From the NCBI GenBank assembly GCA_964016885.1, contig OZ024741.1:121272001-121336000 (forward strand): DNA of 64,000 nt. The letters are read 5' to 3'. Of this stretch, positions 52,237 through 64,000 are shown in pieces. The notes beneath the pieces are model-generated. The model made no database searches and was not told the DNA's origin. It saw only the letters and a program-made list of their open reading frames with translations. Position 1 is the stretch's first letter. The number at the start of each line of letters is the position of its first letter. A program made the translations under genes and the position numbers. This stretch comes from Eledone cirrhosa. Its lineage: Eukaryota.

Positions 52237-54219
52237 ATGGCTACTTTACCTCTGCACGAAGCAGCTGAAAGCCTTCCTCACAAAATAACACCTCACACCG
52301 ACACCACCATTGTAAATGTTACTACGTTTGCCAACACAAAAAAAAATATAAGCAGTAGCAATATTTTAAATTTGTCTCAGGCAGACATTCATTTCCCGCC
52401 ATTACCAATGACTGCAGGTGTTAAAGCCTCCACCACCACCACCACCGCGACAACCACCACCACCACCACCACCGCGACAACAGAAACAAAAGAAGAAAAA
52501 AAATAAATTAACTCGTGATGTCGAAATGAAATCAAGCAAAATGGACTCTTCCCCACCAAAGACGACTGACGTCACCACCACAACTGAAACTAAAATTAAT
52601 ATTAACGATAGCAACAACAACAACAATGACATTATAAAACCGACCCTCAGTTTCGCCAGAGTAGCAAAACAATTCGAAGCATTTACCGTAACTCAAGAAG
52701 ATTTAGAAAATGCCAAACAAATGGTAAAGAAAGATGGGTACAGGGTCAGCCTCACCCCCCCACCTAATAAAATGGAGCATCGGCGCCTATGCACCGTGTC
52801 GTATAGAACAATAAATGTAAAATCGCGCCGAGTGGAACGGGCATCCGAGTCCCAAATCCAAAAAGCTTTGGGACATGTGTGGGCAAGAAAAACCCACATC
52901 AGACGTGGGCAAAAGTATGGAACCGTGGATGTGTTCTTTGAAACACCAGAGGAGGCTAGAGAACACTCCATGGCCCCATTAAAAAGTGACGACTTCACAC
53001 TCGTCCCAAGCTATTGTGGCCAGAGACTCGTAAAGATCAGGGTGACCCACGTTCCACCGGCCATCGAAATTCCCTGGCTAATAGCGGCTGTCCTCGCCGG
53101 CATCGAGGCCAACACGAAAATAATAACAATAGCAAAAGAAAAGCAGGAAAACTGGTCCGGATCTGGGATGGAGCTCCTGATCCAAGCGGACCAAAAAAGC
53201 ATTGAGGAGATCCCAGAGGTAATAGACCTCACTGACGGCAGCCACCTCACGGTAATTGTCGAGGGCAGAAGACCTAGGTGTGTCGTTTATCGTGAAGGAA
53301 CCCACCTAAGGGCTTTCTGCCCTCAGGCTAAAAGGTTGAGGCCACCTCTCCTACCCACCCCAGTGACACAACCATCAACACCACCAGTAGCAGAGATGCC
53401 AGCAACAACTGTAGCAGCAACAACAGAAGCAACTATAACAGCAACAACCCCAGCAACAGTAGCAAAACCAACACCACTACCACCACCAGCAAAACCAACA
53501 CCACCACCACCCAACGCTTCAGAACTAGCACCAGCGCCTACACCATCCACCACACCACAACCAAAACTAACGGCTGTGGAGGATTTTCCACTCCCCGGCC
53601 TATCACAACTGGAGACAGATTGTGACGACGAGGAGTGGGAAACGATATCCGGAAAAAAAAAAGAAACCAAAAAAGAAAAAATTCTCTTCCTTCCCCCTCC
53701 AAAAACAAAATACAGAGGGAAACAAATAAACTAAGAAACAAAAAAGTTAGGACAGATATGCCACCATCCACACCAGCATCACCAACCCCATCAACCCAAA
53801 CACCAACACCATCACCATCATTAACTCCAACACCACCATCACCTACACCACAAAAGTCACCAAAATGCGAAACAGAAACAAACCCACAACAAACGCAAAC
53901 AAAACAAAACAACCAAAACGATACACACTACACAGCATTAAATTTGAACAACAAGCAATTATTGCACTACATCCAACACAACACCAGCATCACAGAAAAA
54001 GACTACACAACAACCCCAAAATTCACACCACCTCCACACATACAAATCACTCGCATCACACAGAAAACGTACATGACACTAAAACAAAAATTCCCCAAAG
54101 ACATCGGAGACTTCCGACAAGCACTCTCCAGGAGGATTTATAAGGACATCCTTCCCGAGGAGGCCACAAGCAGTGAAAAGGATGGAAAAACCGTCCTTCC
54201 CCTACGAGAAGTAAGGTAA
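52237..54219 (+). pseudogene. Tx1-like ORF1, frameshifted, degenerate zinc knuckle
   Basis: Homologous to family A ORF1 (PSY.G.R, G.G.EL..Q, VEGRRP.C....HL.A.CP). Confidence 0.85.
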
Positions 54220-54253
54220 GTGGTCTTTCCCATCTTTTCCACTCCTTTTCAAC

Positions 54254-57200
54254 ATGACCTCACTCAGAATAGGCAGCATAAATGCGCGTGGCTTGGGGTC
54301 GTCATGGAAGCAGGGCCACCTGCTCAACGACCTCAGGTCACTAAACATAGATGTAGTGGCCATCAGCGAGACCAGAATCTCCGAAGCACAGGCTTTCGCA
54401 CCGATCTTCGGCGGCTACGATGTGTACGCATCTCCCAGCCGTCCGGGATCGGGGGGAGGAGTTGCTGTGCTTTTTCGGAGAGGTTTGGATCTTGCCATAC
54501 GGGCCATCTTCCTGGACCCAGAAGGTAAGTTGGTGGTGCTGGACGTGACCAGCGGAGACGGGCAAGCTTTCAGGTTAGTGGCCGTCTATGCCCCGACAGG
54601 AGAAGGGCGGCCTGATTTCTTCCGGCGTCTGGAGACCTTTCTTGGAACGTCCCGCTCTTTAGTGTTAGTGGGCGACTGGAACGGGATCTTAGATGCACGC
54701 TGGGATTGTGTGGGATTAGTGGATAGGGAAGGAGGGTGCAAGAGTCTCACCAACCTGCTCAGACGTTTTTAACTGTCTGACAGGTACCGAATGGATTTCC
54801 CGAATGTACCAATGTGGACTTGGACAAATCGCATAGGGTCATCCAGATCATATCTAGATAGAGTATTTTGTCGGGAAATAGATAGGTCTAGCATAGGCTG
54901 TCCACAATTCAAGATAGTCAGCTACACGGACCACAAATTCGTGATCTGTGTGCTTGACTTAGATAGGCTTCATAGACAGGGACCCGGCTACTGGAAGCTA
55001 AACGCGTCCTTACCAGCGCGCAAGGCCTACAGAGACCGGATTAGCGAACTAGTTAAGCGGGCGTTGACGGGGGCCATCGTCAACAACAAGTGGTGGTTTG
55101 CTCTGAAAAGAGCAATTAGAATAGAGTCCATTAGGTTTAGTAAGACTTTAGCAATAGAGAAAAATAGAGCAGAGGGAGAATTAGTTAGAAAATTAGATGA
55201 GGCGCTTAGCAAAGGCATCGCGACCGACGTACTTGCGGCGAAATTGGCCCTTGACCAATTCTTCAATGCAAAGCACGAAGGCTGCGTTGTCAGAGCTAGG
55301 GTGCGTGCTCTCAGACACGAGGGGACGAAAGCCGTTCAATGGGCCCGAGTGGCGGAGTCGCGTCGTGGCAACAAAGCCACGATCCGGTCTTTGGTGGACC
55401 ACGACGGGCGCATGCTACTCGATCCCGGGCAAATGTGTGAAGCTTTTCAGCGACACTTCGCTCAACTGTTCGGGGGAAGTGGCGGGCCGGATCGAGGGAT
55501 GGACTTTAGTGTCTACCTCGACGGACTGCCGCGGCTTTCGGCCACTGAGGCGGAGTGTTGCGAAAAGCCGATAACAACCGCTGAAGTACGGGATGCAATG
55601 ACTAGTTGCACAAGGGGTAAATCGCCTGGTTTGGATGGTCTGCCCTATGAACTTTACGTACAAATGCCAAACTTGTTCGGAGGCCTCTTGGCGGACGTCT
55701 ACTGCAACTGGCAACAGAACGGGAGAATTCCCAGCTCTGTGAGCCGAGGAGCGGTGGCGCTGCTGAGAAAGGATCCGAACAAGGGGGATAACATAGATAA
55801 TTTTAGGCCCATAACTCTGCTAAACACAGAGTTCAAGATTTTGGCCAAGGTGCTAGCAAAGAGGTTGGCGCTTGTCGTTGGTGGTCTGGTGGGAGAGGCA
55901 CAGACATGCGCCATTCCCGACAGATCCATCCACGACAACCTCCACCTCATGCGATACATCGTAGAGAGGGTAGCTAGGGAACCTGGCACGGGTGGGTCTT
56001 TGATCAATTTAGATCAGTCGAAAGCCTTCGATAGGGTCGACCATCGTTACCTAGAGGCAGTCCTGAGGGCGGCTGGATTTGGGCCCGTCTTCAGAGGCTG
56101 GATCGCTGCCATGCACAGCGACATCTGCTCTGTAGTGAGAGTGAACGGTCACCTTTCGGAACCGTTCAACATCATGCGCTCGGTCCGCCAAGGATGTCCC
56201 CTCTCGTCCCTATTGTACGTATTGACTCTCGAGCCATTACTGCACAAACTGGAGACGTTGAGGGGGGTCCCGCGCGAACTAGGATGCGGAAGATCCGTGT
56301 CAGCATATGCCGACGATGTCACCGTAGTGGTGTCGAACGCCAAACACATCGAGGCGATCGGCACTACACTAAGAGAATACGAAGCGGTGACAGGAGCAAT
56401 GATCAACCAGGAAAAGTCAGTGGGCCTGCAGCTCGGCACCTGGAGAGGCAGGTCCATGCCGTCCAACAGCGTCGTCGGGCGCTGGACGGACGGACCGGTT
56501 AAATTGCTAGGGGTCTGGTTCGGTCCAGACCTCCAGACGGACAAAAACTGGGACGAGGTGACGAGCAGGGTGGCTTCTCTCACCCAGAAATGGGCCGAGA
56601 GGAAGCTATCCCTGAAAGGTCGAGCGGAGGTGGCGAATGCGTACATCGCATCCGTCATCTACTACCGCCTGACCGTCGTACCTTGTCCTAAGCCCCGCCT
56701 GACTGCGCTGGAGCGTTTGCTCTTTCGCTTCTTGTGGAAGGGACGCGCTCCGATGGTCAGGCGGTCCATCTGCTGTCAACACCTGCTACGTGGAGGGCTG
56801 GGCGTGCCGTGGCTGATGATGCGCAGACACGCGCTCAGGCTACGACATCGCCACCTCTTCCTCGACGGTGATCAGGTGTGGTCGCCGTTTGCAAGACACG
56901 TTTTTCCCCAGCTCGTCTCCTTGACGGAGCTGCAGTCCTGGGTCAAGCGAAGACCGAGAGGGAGCGCTTGGAGACTGGAATGTCTTCAGGCGCTCACAGC
57001 CCTCGAGCAATCGGGCAATGTGATCGGTGGAAACTCCACCTTGGCGTTCTATAGGGGATTAGTGGAGGGGAAGAGCGACGACGTACTTGGAGAAACTCTA
57101 GGCGTCGACGAAAATCAACTAGCCAATCTCTTCGGAAGGACTTTCGGGCCGGGGCCTATGGACAACTTCCAGAAATCCCTGGCCTGGCAGTGCTACCGAG

Positions 57201-57673
57201 GAGCTTTGCCAGTTCGGGATAAACTCTACAGGCATGGAGGTGCCGTCAGCCGGGCATGTCCGAGATGCGCGCAGGGCGACGAAACCGTCCTGCACGCACT
57301 CGTCCAGTGTCCGAGCATTGCTGACTTGTGGGTTTATGTCGAACACCTGCTGTCACGTGTAGGACCTATCCAGCTATCAGCTGAGTCCATCGTGAGGATT
57401 GCCCCGCCCCCTTCCTTTAGCCTGGAAGGGCAGGCAGTTTTTATCTGTCTGGTGGCCATGGCGAAAGAGATAGTATGGTGGACACGTTTGAAAGGGCTGA
57501 AGACGAGCACTTACCTCTTCGGTGATGCCCTGATTAACTTTTTCAAATTAAACTTGAAAAGGAAAATCAGGGTAGAGAGGGAAGTGCTCTCTTCCCAGCA
57601 TTTTGTTGAAAGATGGGTGAGAGAAGCAAGTATGGCCCGAATGAATGGGCCTTCTCTGAGTATGTGTCTGTAA
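54254..57673 (+). CDS. Tx1-like ORF2 (APE, RT, Cys/His motif), intact except one in-frame TAA at 54770-54772
   Basis: GSINARGL..SET..GDWNG..SYLDR..YTDHK..KSPGLDG..NFRPITLLN..DQSKAFDRVDH..RQGCPLS..YADD..CPRC; 54254 and 54791 are in the same frame. Confidence 0.95.
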
Positions 57674-57915
57674 ATTAAAGGTGGAAAACTGGGAGAGGGC
57701 ACTTGCCCTGGTGGTCAGGGCCACTGTGGTCTTTTAATGGGCTTTCTCCACAAATGTCCCTTGGAAGTCTCCCCCCTATTGGGGAATTTTTCTTTGTTAT
57801 TTTATTTCAACCTCTGTTTTTTTACACGCAGAAATGCCCATTTGTACCGTCCTGTATTGTCCTGTACTGTCCTTAATGTCTACTTTATGTGAACCCTTGT
57901 GGTTAATAAAGAAAA

Positions 57916-57972
<57 letters not shown>

Positions 57973-58201
57973 CATATATAGGAAAATAGTGAGGACCCCG
58001 ACGGCTGAGCTCCGGCCGTTTCGACAGCTAGGTCTGTTCAGAAGATCCCGTTAAGGGTGAAAGCAGCGATTCTTTGCATAAACATTTATCTGTTATTTTA
58101 ATAAATATTTGCTTTATGGTTTTATATATTTTTATATATATATTATTTTTATCGAGCTCTCTTCGGATTTTAGTCTTCGCATTTATTATTATTACTATAT
58201 A

Positions 58202-59255
58202 TCTATATATATAAAGTTGTAGTTCCTGTCTGTTTGTTTGTTTGTTCACGAACCCTTCCCATGGTTTTGGAGATAGACCTCCCTATAATCATATATATTC
58301 TGAAACTACATTGCCCAGGGTAGTTGGATAAGTATATTTCGTTTTAATCAAAGGGTTCCCGGGAGCACAAACTCCCGCTGAAAATCTTTTCCCTTCGATT
58401 TATATGAAATTTAAACCATAGGTAAATGACAAGGTATGATGCCTATTCACAAAATTTCAGCAAATTTCAATAATATTAAGACAAACTAATAGGGGTTAAA
58501 CCCCCTATACTGAAAATTTTGGCCAATAAATGAAACAAGATGTGTTGTAACAAGATTGCATGAGAACTTGATTGAAGCAACCATTATATTCGGGGCTTAC
58601 AAAGGTCAAGCTCTTCTCATTCTGAGGATTGCACTTATACCAAGTGATAGGGAGTTGCCTTTTACATTTAAGAGGCTGCAGTTCCTAGTGAGGCCATGAC
58701 TTGTCATGAGCATCAATAAGAGTCAAGGTCAAACTTTCAAAACTATTGGTATAGATCTGACAAACCCATGTTTCAGTCATGGCATGTTTTATGTGGCTGT
58801 TTCAAGGACTGGAACTTCAAAAAATCTCTTCATTTTAGCCAATCAAAGAAAGACAAGAAATGTTGTTTACTCTAAAGTTCTTCATTAGGACAAAGTATGA
58901 AATATATTTTCATGTATTTATTATGTTAAAAAATAAATAATTAAACTTTGAATTTCTAATTTGAAAATAATGCTTTACACAAAAATGAAATGATCAAGTT
59001 TTGAATTGATATTTCGAAAAAAATTATTTGCAAGAAACAGAATAAGAATAAGATTTAATAATGTAATTTTGATTTGATATATTACAAAAAATGTTTTCCA
59101 ATTTTTCATGCATTACATTTTACATTGAGTAATATTGAAATGCAGGGTTTTTCTCCATAAATTATATCACTGATTTAAAATCAATCATCATTTTCTTACA
59201 AAAAAAAAAAAAAAAATATGTGTGAAACGTAGCAAGGCGCGGATATTTCGGCTAG
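58202..59255 (+). mobile_element. Non-autonomous Helitron with Pif1 helicase C-terminal remnant
   Basis: A|TCTATATATATAAAG start with (GTTT)n; MSINKSQGQTF..CFSHGMFYVAVSR..TRNVVY at 58706-58888; 3' CGTAGCAAGGCGCGG..CTAG|T. Confidence 0.92.
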
Positions 59256-59795
59256 TATATATATATATAGTTAATAAATGAAACAGACAAAACACAGGAG
59301 GCAATTTTTACACAGTTATATTAGGCTCACGCTTGGTGGAAATGGAGGAGGTTTCAACTTTTCAGGCCGGTATTATTCATATATAAAATTTTATTGGTAA
59401 TGTCACGCAACGCTGGGAAAATTAGCTTTAAGTACATGCGTCACTTGATCTAAACGACTTTCACGTGAGTTGCGTGGATATAGCCTTCACATTTTTCTTT
59501 CGCTACAACATATGCAGAAAGGAATATAAGTCACTGGAGGAACAAAAATGTTATGTTCGTGTCGATTTAATCGACTTTCCCCACCCGAAAATTGCTAGCT
59601 TTGTGCCTAAATCAGAAAATATTATCTTATAAATTTTCACTAATATATATATAGAGAGAGAGAGAGAGTCGGTTTCTAACATAGACACAAGACTCGTTCA
59701 TTGGAATTTAGACATCAACTAGGTGAATACGTATGTCTGTTTGTCTTTCTGTCTGTCTGCCTGCCTATCTGTCTGTCTGCCTGTCTGTCTGTCTA

Positions 59796-59828
<33 letters not shown>

Positions 59829-59831
59829 ATG

Positions 59832-59935
<104 letters not shown>

Positions 59936-60234
59936 TAATTTTAAATTATCTATATTTATCTCCAAATCACTGATTTGTCGAGCAAACCTGCCAAAACCAC
60001 TTCTAAATTTTTTTTGGGGTGTTAGTAGGCGTCAGTCATCTTACCATCCCATTCCTTCTAACTAGCCTCTGTGTCACGTGATTGATTCTTTAGAATCGGC
60101 CATTTGACTAGAAGCAGTGAGAATTTCAGTACATAGAATCCAGTCCTCGCCAGCTGTTCTTTCTACCGAATTATTATTATTTTTATATGAGCCGCCAGTG
60201 TCCGCGCATTGCCTGGAGACTCAGCTGAGAATAG

Positions 60235-60316
60235 ACTCCCTGATGACGCAATGAATTCTCGACAGTTGGATTACGTAACTGTCTTTATCCCATTGCAGAA
60301 ACTAATTAGTTGGAGT
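60235..60316 (+). ncRNA. Type I hammerhead with palindromic stem III
   Basis: ACUCC-CUGAUGA-cGCAAUG..GACAGUU..AACUGUC..CAUUGCa-GAAA-CUAAUUAG-UU-GGAGU. Confidence 0.82.
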
Positions 60317-60385
60317 GAAAATTTAAGTAAGTAAGTAAAAAATTAAAAAAAAAATTTTTTTTAAAAGATATTTTCTTATTTTACG

Positions 60386-60416
<31 letters not shown>

Positions 60417-60621
60417 CGTAGTTCCACAACAGTTAGTTCACCATACCGAGAACAAATGTTTCACCTTATTTGGATCCCCAGCTCGGTTTAAATGAAGTTG
60501 TACGGAAAAGGAAAAACAACCGTACGGTATGGTGAACTAAATGTTGTGGAACTACTTCTACCAAACTTGTCCCATGGACTGAGTGCTCTACTACTGCGGA
60601 TATAACCCACCAGTGTTATAC

Positions 60622-60682
<61 letters not shown>

Positions 60683-61748
60683 TTTATCCCGGGTTCAATC
60701 GGGGGTAACCACATTAAGTACGGTACTCAATACAAGGCAGAGTATAAATATTTAATATAGAAAAGGCTTCTACAGGACTAGAACTGTTTATTCGGGAGAA
60801 ATCATCAGGAAGCTTCCTGATGATTTCTCCCGAAAAAAACAGCTCAAGTCCCGTAGAAGCCTTTTCTCTATTAAATATAAATATATATATATATGAAGAA
60901 GACTGTCGAACGAACAGGAATTTCAAGACTAGATATAGGTAGTAACGTAACCACTACCATACTAGTCGATACATCTATCTTCCACGATTAATCGATCTTC
61001 TGAAACGATCGTAAAACAATGAACTAATTAACTACCTATTTCTGACTTCTGTTTTATTTTCATTGTTCTACACACACACACACACACACTCACGCGCGCG
61101 CGCACACACGCACACACACTCACGCGCGCGCGCACACACGCACACACACTCACGCGCGCGCGCACACACGCACACACATACACACACACACACACACACG
61201 CACGCACACACACACACGCACACACACACACAGAACAGAAATTTAGATGGAAATACAAAACAACCATTTCGGCCTTGTTTTACCATAACAGCTCAATGAA
61301 ATCAAATGCGAATATATATAAATAAGAAATTGTCTAGACAAATATATCCACATTAAAATCGTACAAACACACATAATGTGGATACATTTGTCTAGACAAT
61401 TTTCTTACCCATTAATTATTGTGTTACTACTCCTAATGAAAATTCTTAAACTTTATATTTGTAGAGCTGACTTTAGGTTCTAACAGTGACTAAGACTTTG
61501 GTTAACCTATACTTTTGTCAGACAATATGATTAATAATTTTACGTATCAATCAATATTTTAATATATGTTCTTCTGCTCCTAACATTAAAATTTAGTAGA
61601 CTTGCCTTTTTTTTGACCAAACACACTGCTATTTCTAGCATTCCCTTTGGCCTGCCTGTATCCCCATATTATTACGTTCCTCTGCATGTGTGTTCAGATC
61701 TTTTGAATCTATGGTGACTGGTCGACTATAATGCATTTGGTAAGATGA

Positions 61749-61833
61749 ACTTCTACTGACGATTGAGTGTTTCGTCTTATGGTTGCTTCTATTTACAATT
61801 TCTCTTTTACTCATGAAACAGCTGTATACAAGT
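61749..61833 (+). ncRNA. Type I hammerhead with palindromic stem III
   Basis: ACUUcUA-CUGACGA-uUGAGU..ACUCAu-GAAA-CAGCUG-UA-UAcAAGU. Confidence 0.78.
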
Positions 61834-63070
61834 ATTGAAATCTCAGAATTTTACCATATTTAAGTAAATTGTTTTTACTTGCTATCCTATTTGGAAATAT
61901 TCGGAATTTTACCATCTATGTAAGTTCTTGACTTGCTATCCGATTTTCTTTGCCAATGCATCTAGGTATTTAGTGGTGAGGACATTCGTCTCACGACCAT
62001 ATGGCCGTTAGTTCGATTCCCAGGACAATGCCTTGTGCTTTCTAGGGACAGTTCTGCGACTCTAAAAGGACAGTTCTGCGCTCTTCAACGGTCAGTCTGC
62101 ATCCCTCTATGGTCTGGCTACTAGCTCTAATGATAGCACCGCCTTATATGGACCTCATTGATGTGTGAGTGAGATGAACTGACAATAGAAGTGAATCACT
62201 CAACGTTTTATCTATATAGCTGTGTGTAGGACCTCAATCGGTTTCTACGACGAGTGTTCCAGTCGTTTGATCAATAGAACAACCTGCTCGTGAAGTCAAC
62301 GTGTAAATGGCTGAGTAGTTCACAGACACGTGCAACTTTTACGTAGTTTTCGGGAAGATTTAGTACGACACACTGAATGACAAGACTGGTTCTTTGAATT
62401 GCAAGTACAGTTCATCCGATGGGCATCAAACAGTTTCCGTCTGCCGAATTTCACTCATAAGGAGGGTCCTACCCAAGGCTAGAGTAAAGGCGCTTGCCAA
62501 AGATGTCACATAGTGGGATCGAAACCTAGACCTAATGATTGCGACGAGAACTTCGTAATGGAGAATATTTTCGATGTTTTAATTTTTCCAACGTTTACAT
62601 TTTCAGCTAATTATGATCGTAGAAAAACCAACTTATGTTTTCTAATTATGATTTCTAAAATAACAGGTTTATTTCGCAAAACATTTTTTTTTTCAAAATG
62701 TGGTCACACTAGACATCAGTTATTTTCTATGCCGCTTTCCTAAATAAAAAATACTCCATACCTACGATGTAGAGTTTGGCATTTTTACTTCTTGTTCTCT
62801 TCGTTTTTATTTTCTTAAAAACATTTTGATTTTGCTCTGAATATTTTAAGTATTTAATCAAAACATTACTATCAATATTATAGAAACTTTATTATAGTTT
62901 AGATAAACTGTTCTCAAACGGCAATAGTTATCTCCCTTGTTATAACTATGGGAAGCAATTCGACATAAATGAGTTGTTTTCTCATAAGACATTTGTGTTT
63001 TCACTTTCTCTGCAAGTATCTGATATCGCTTAAAATATTTAAAAATTAGAATTTGACAAGTTATCTATCA

Positions 63071-63173
<103 letters not shown>

Positions 63174-64000
63174 AGATCTAGCTGTCGTCTGTTCTACAGT
63201 GTGGATGTCATTCACTTCGCACAGAAGTTTTGTTCAAATTTATTGAGGAAATTTTGTGAGTTCAAACTTAATTTTGATACAATTGTGTAGCTTGACCCTC
63301 CGTCTGAACTGTCAGGCGGTGGGTCAGCTCATCTTCACCCCTCCTAGAGGTGAAAAACCTGTTTTAAAAAATTTTGTGTAAAAAAAAATTTCAATCGTCT
63401 AACAAATGTTAAACGCAGCGAACGAAAATAGTGGTGGGGGGACAGCGGTAAGAGTTGTAAGCTCGCACGCTTTAGTCCCCCCTTCCTTCCCAACTAACGT
63501 CATAGAGAAGGAAGGAAAAATTAAAATAAAAACAGACGAATCTGCGGAGAAAAAAAATGACGAAAACACAAATCTGGACATGGATTCCAACAACGAAAAA
63601 AAAAAATTTGAAAAATTGCATGACAATACTAATAACACAAACAAAGACACAACAAACACAAAAATAACATTTGAAAATAACACCATATCAGAAAGCAAAG
63701 CAGACGACAAAGTCAACAAGATTTCATTTGCACAGAAAACAAAGAAATCTTTGACTTATATAGCGGAAAACATTTCAGATGTGGTACGAAGGATCACGGA
63801 CGCCAAACAATACATAAGTGAAGGAGAGAATGGTATTTTATCGGTAAAAATGCCTCAAGAATTCACGAAAGACATTGAAAGCCGAACGGTCAAGTTTCGG
63901 ACCATCAACAACAGTACAAAAAAACCTGAACAGCCTTCTCAAGCAGATATCAAAACAGTACTCACAGAAGTACTTAATGAAACCACTTTCATAAGAAAAG
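63174..64000 (+). mobile_element. Tx1-like family A copy 3 (5' UTR and start of ORF1; runs off the window)
   Basis: Same 5' end (ATCTAGCTGTCGTCTGTTC) directly after (TATC)n at 63063-63173. Confidence 0.93.

Larger units (their letters stand above)
52028..57916 (+). mobile_element. Tx1-like LINE family B, full length, inserted in (TTA)n
   Basis: Pure (TTA)n on both flanks (51951-52027 and 57917-57969); ORF1, ORF2 and 3' AATAAAGAAAAC with no poly(A). Confidence 0.95.

Overview
Repeat-saturated, AT-rich eukaryotic DNA. The tRNA-derived SINE families and (TA)n/(GA)n/(CA)n density suggest an octopus or other cephalopod; this is inferred, not verified. The only host-gene sequence I can support is one coding exon of a PMP22/claudin-superfamily membrane protein (6355-6586, minus). 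The rest is mobile DNA: two Tx1-like LINE families sitting in specific microsatellites (family A, three copies at (TATC)n/(GATA)n, one with a 20-bp TSD; family B, nearly intact, in (TTA)n), three Helitrons, a Chapaev3 transposon with TIRs and TAA TSD, a Merlin-like MITE, RTE/CRE/R4-like LINE fragments, SINEs and many Penelope-like element (PLE) remnants. The main signal not shown by the ORF track is RNA structure. About ten sequence-distinct type I hammerhead ribozyme motifs, most with palindromic stem III loops, lie in fold-back PLE-like termini embedded in (TA)n. One multi-copy family appears to be a non-circularly permuted, multiply pseudoknotted hammerhead, supported by compensatory base changes between copies. 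All structures were folded by eye and no activity is demonstrated.
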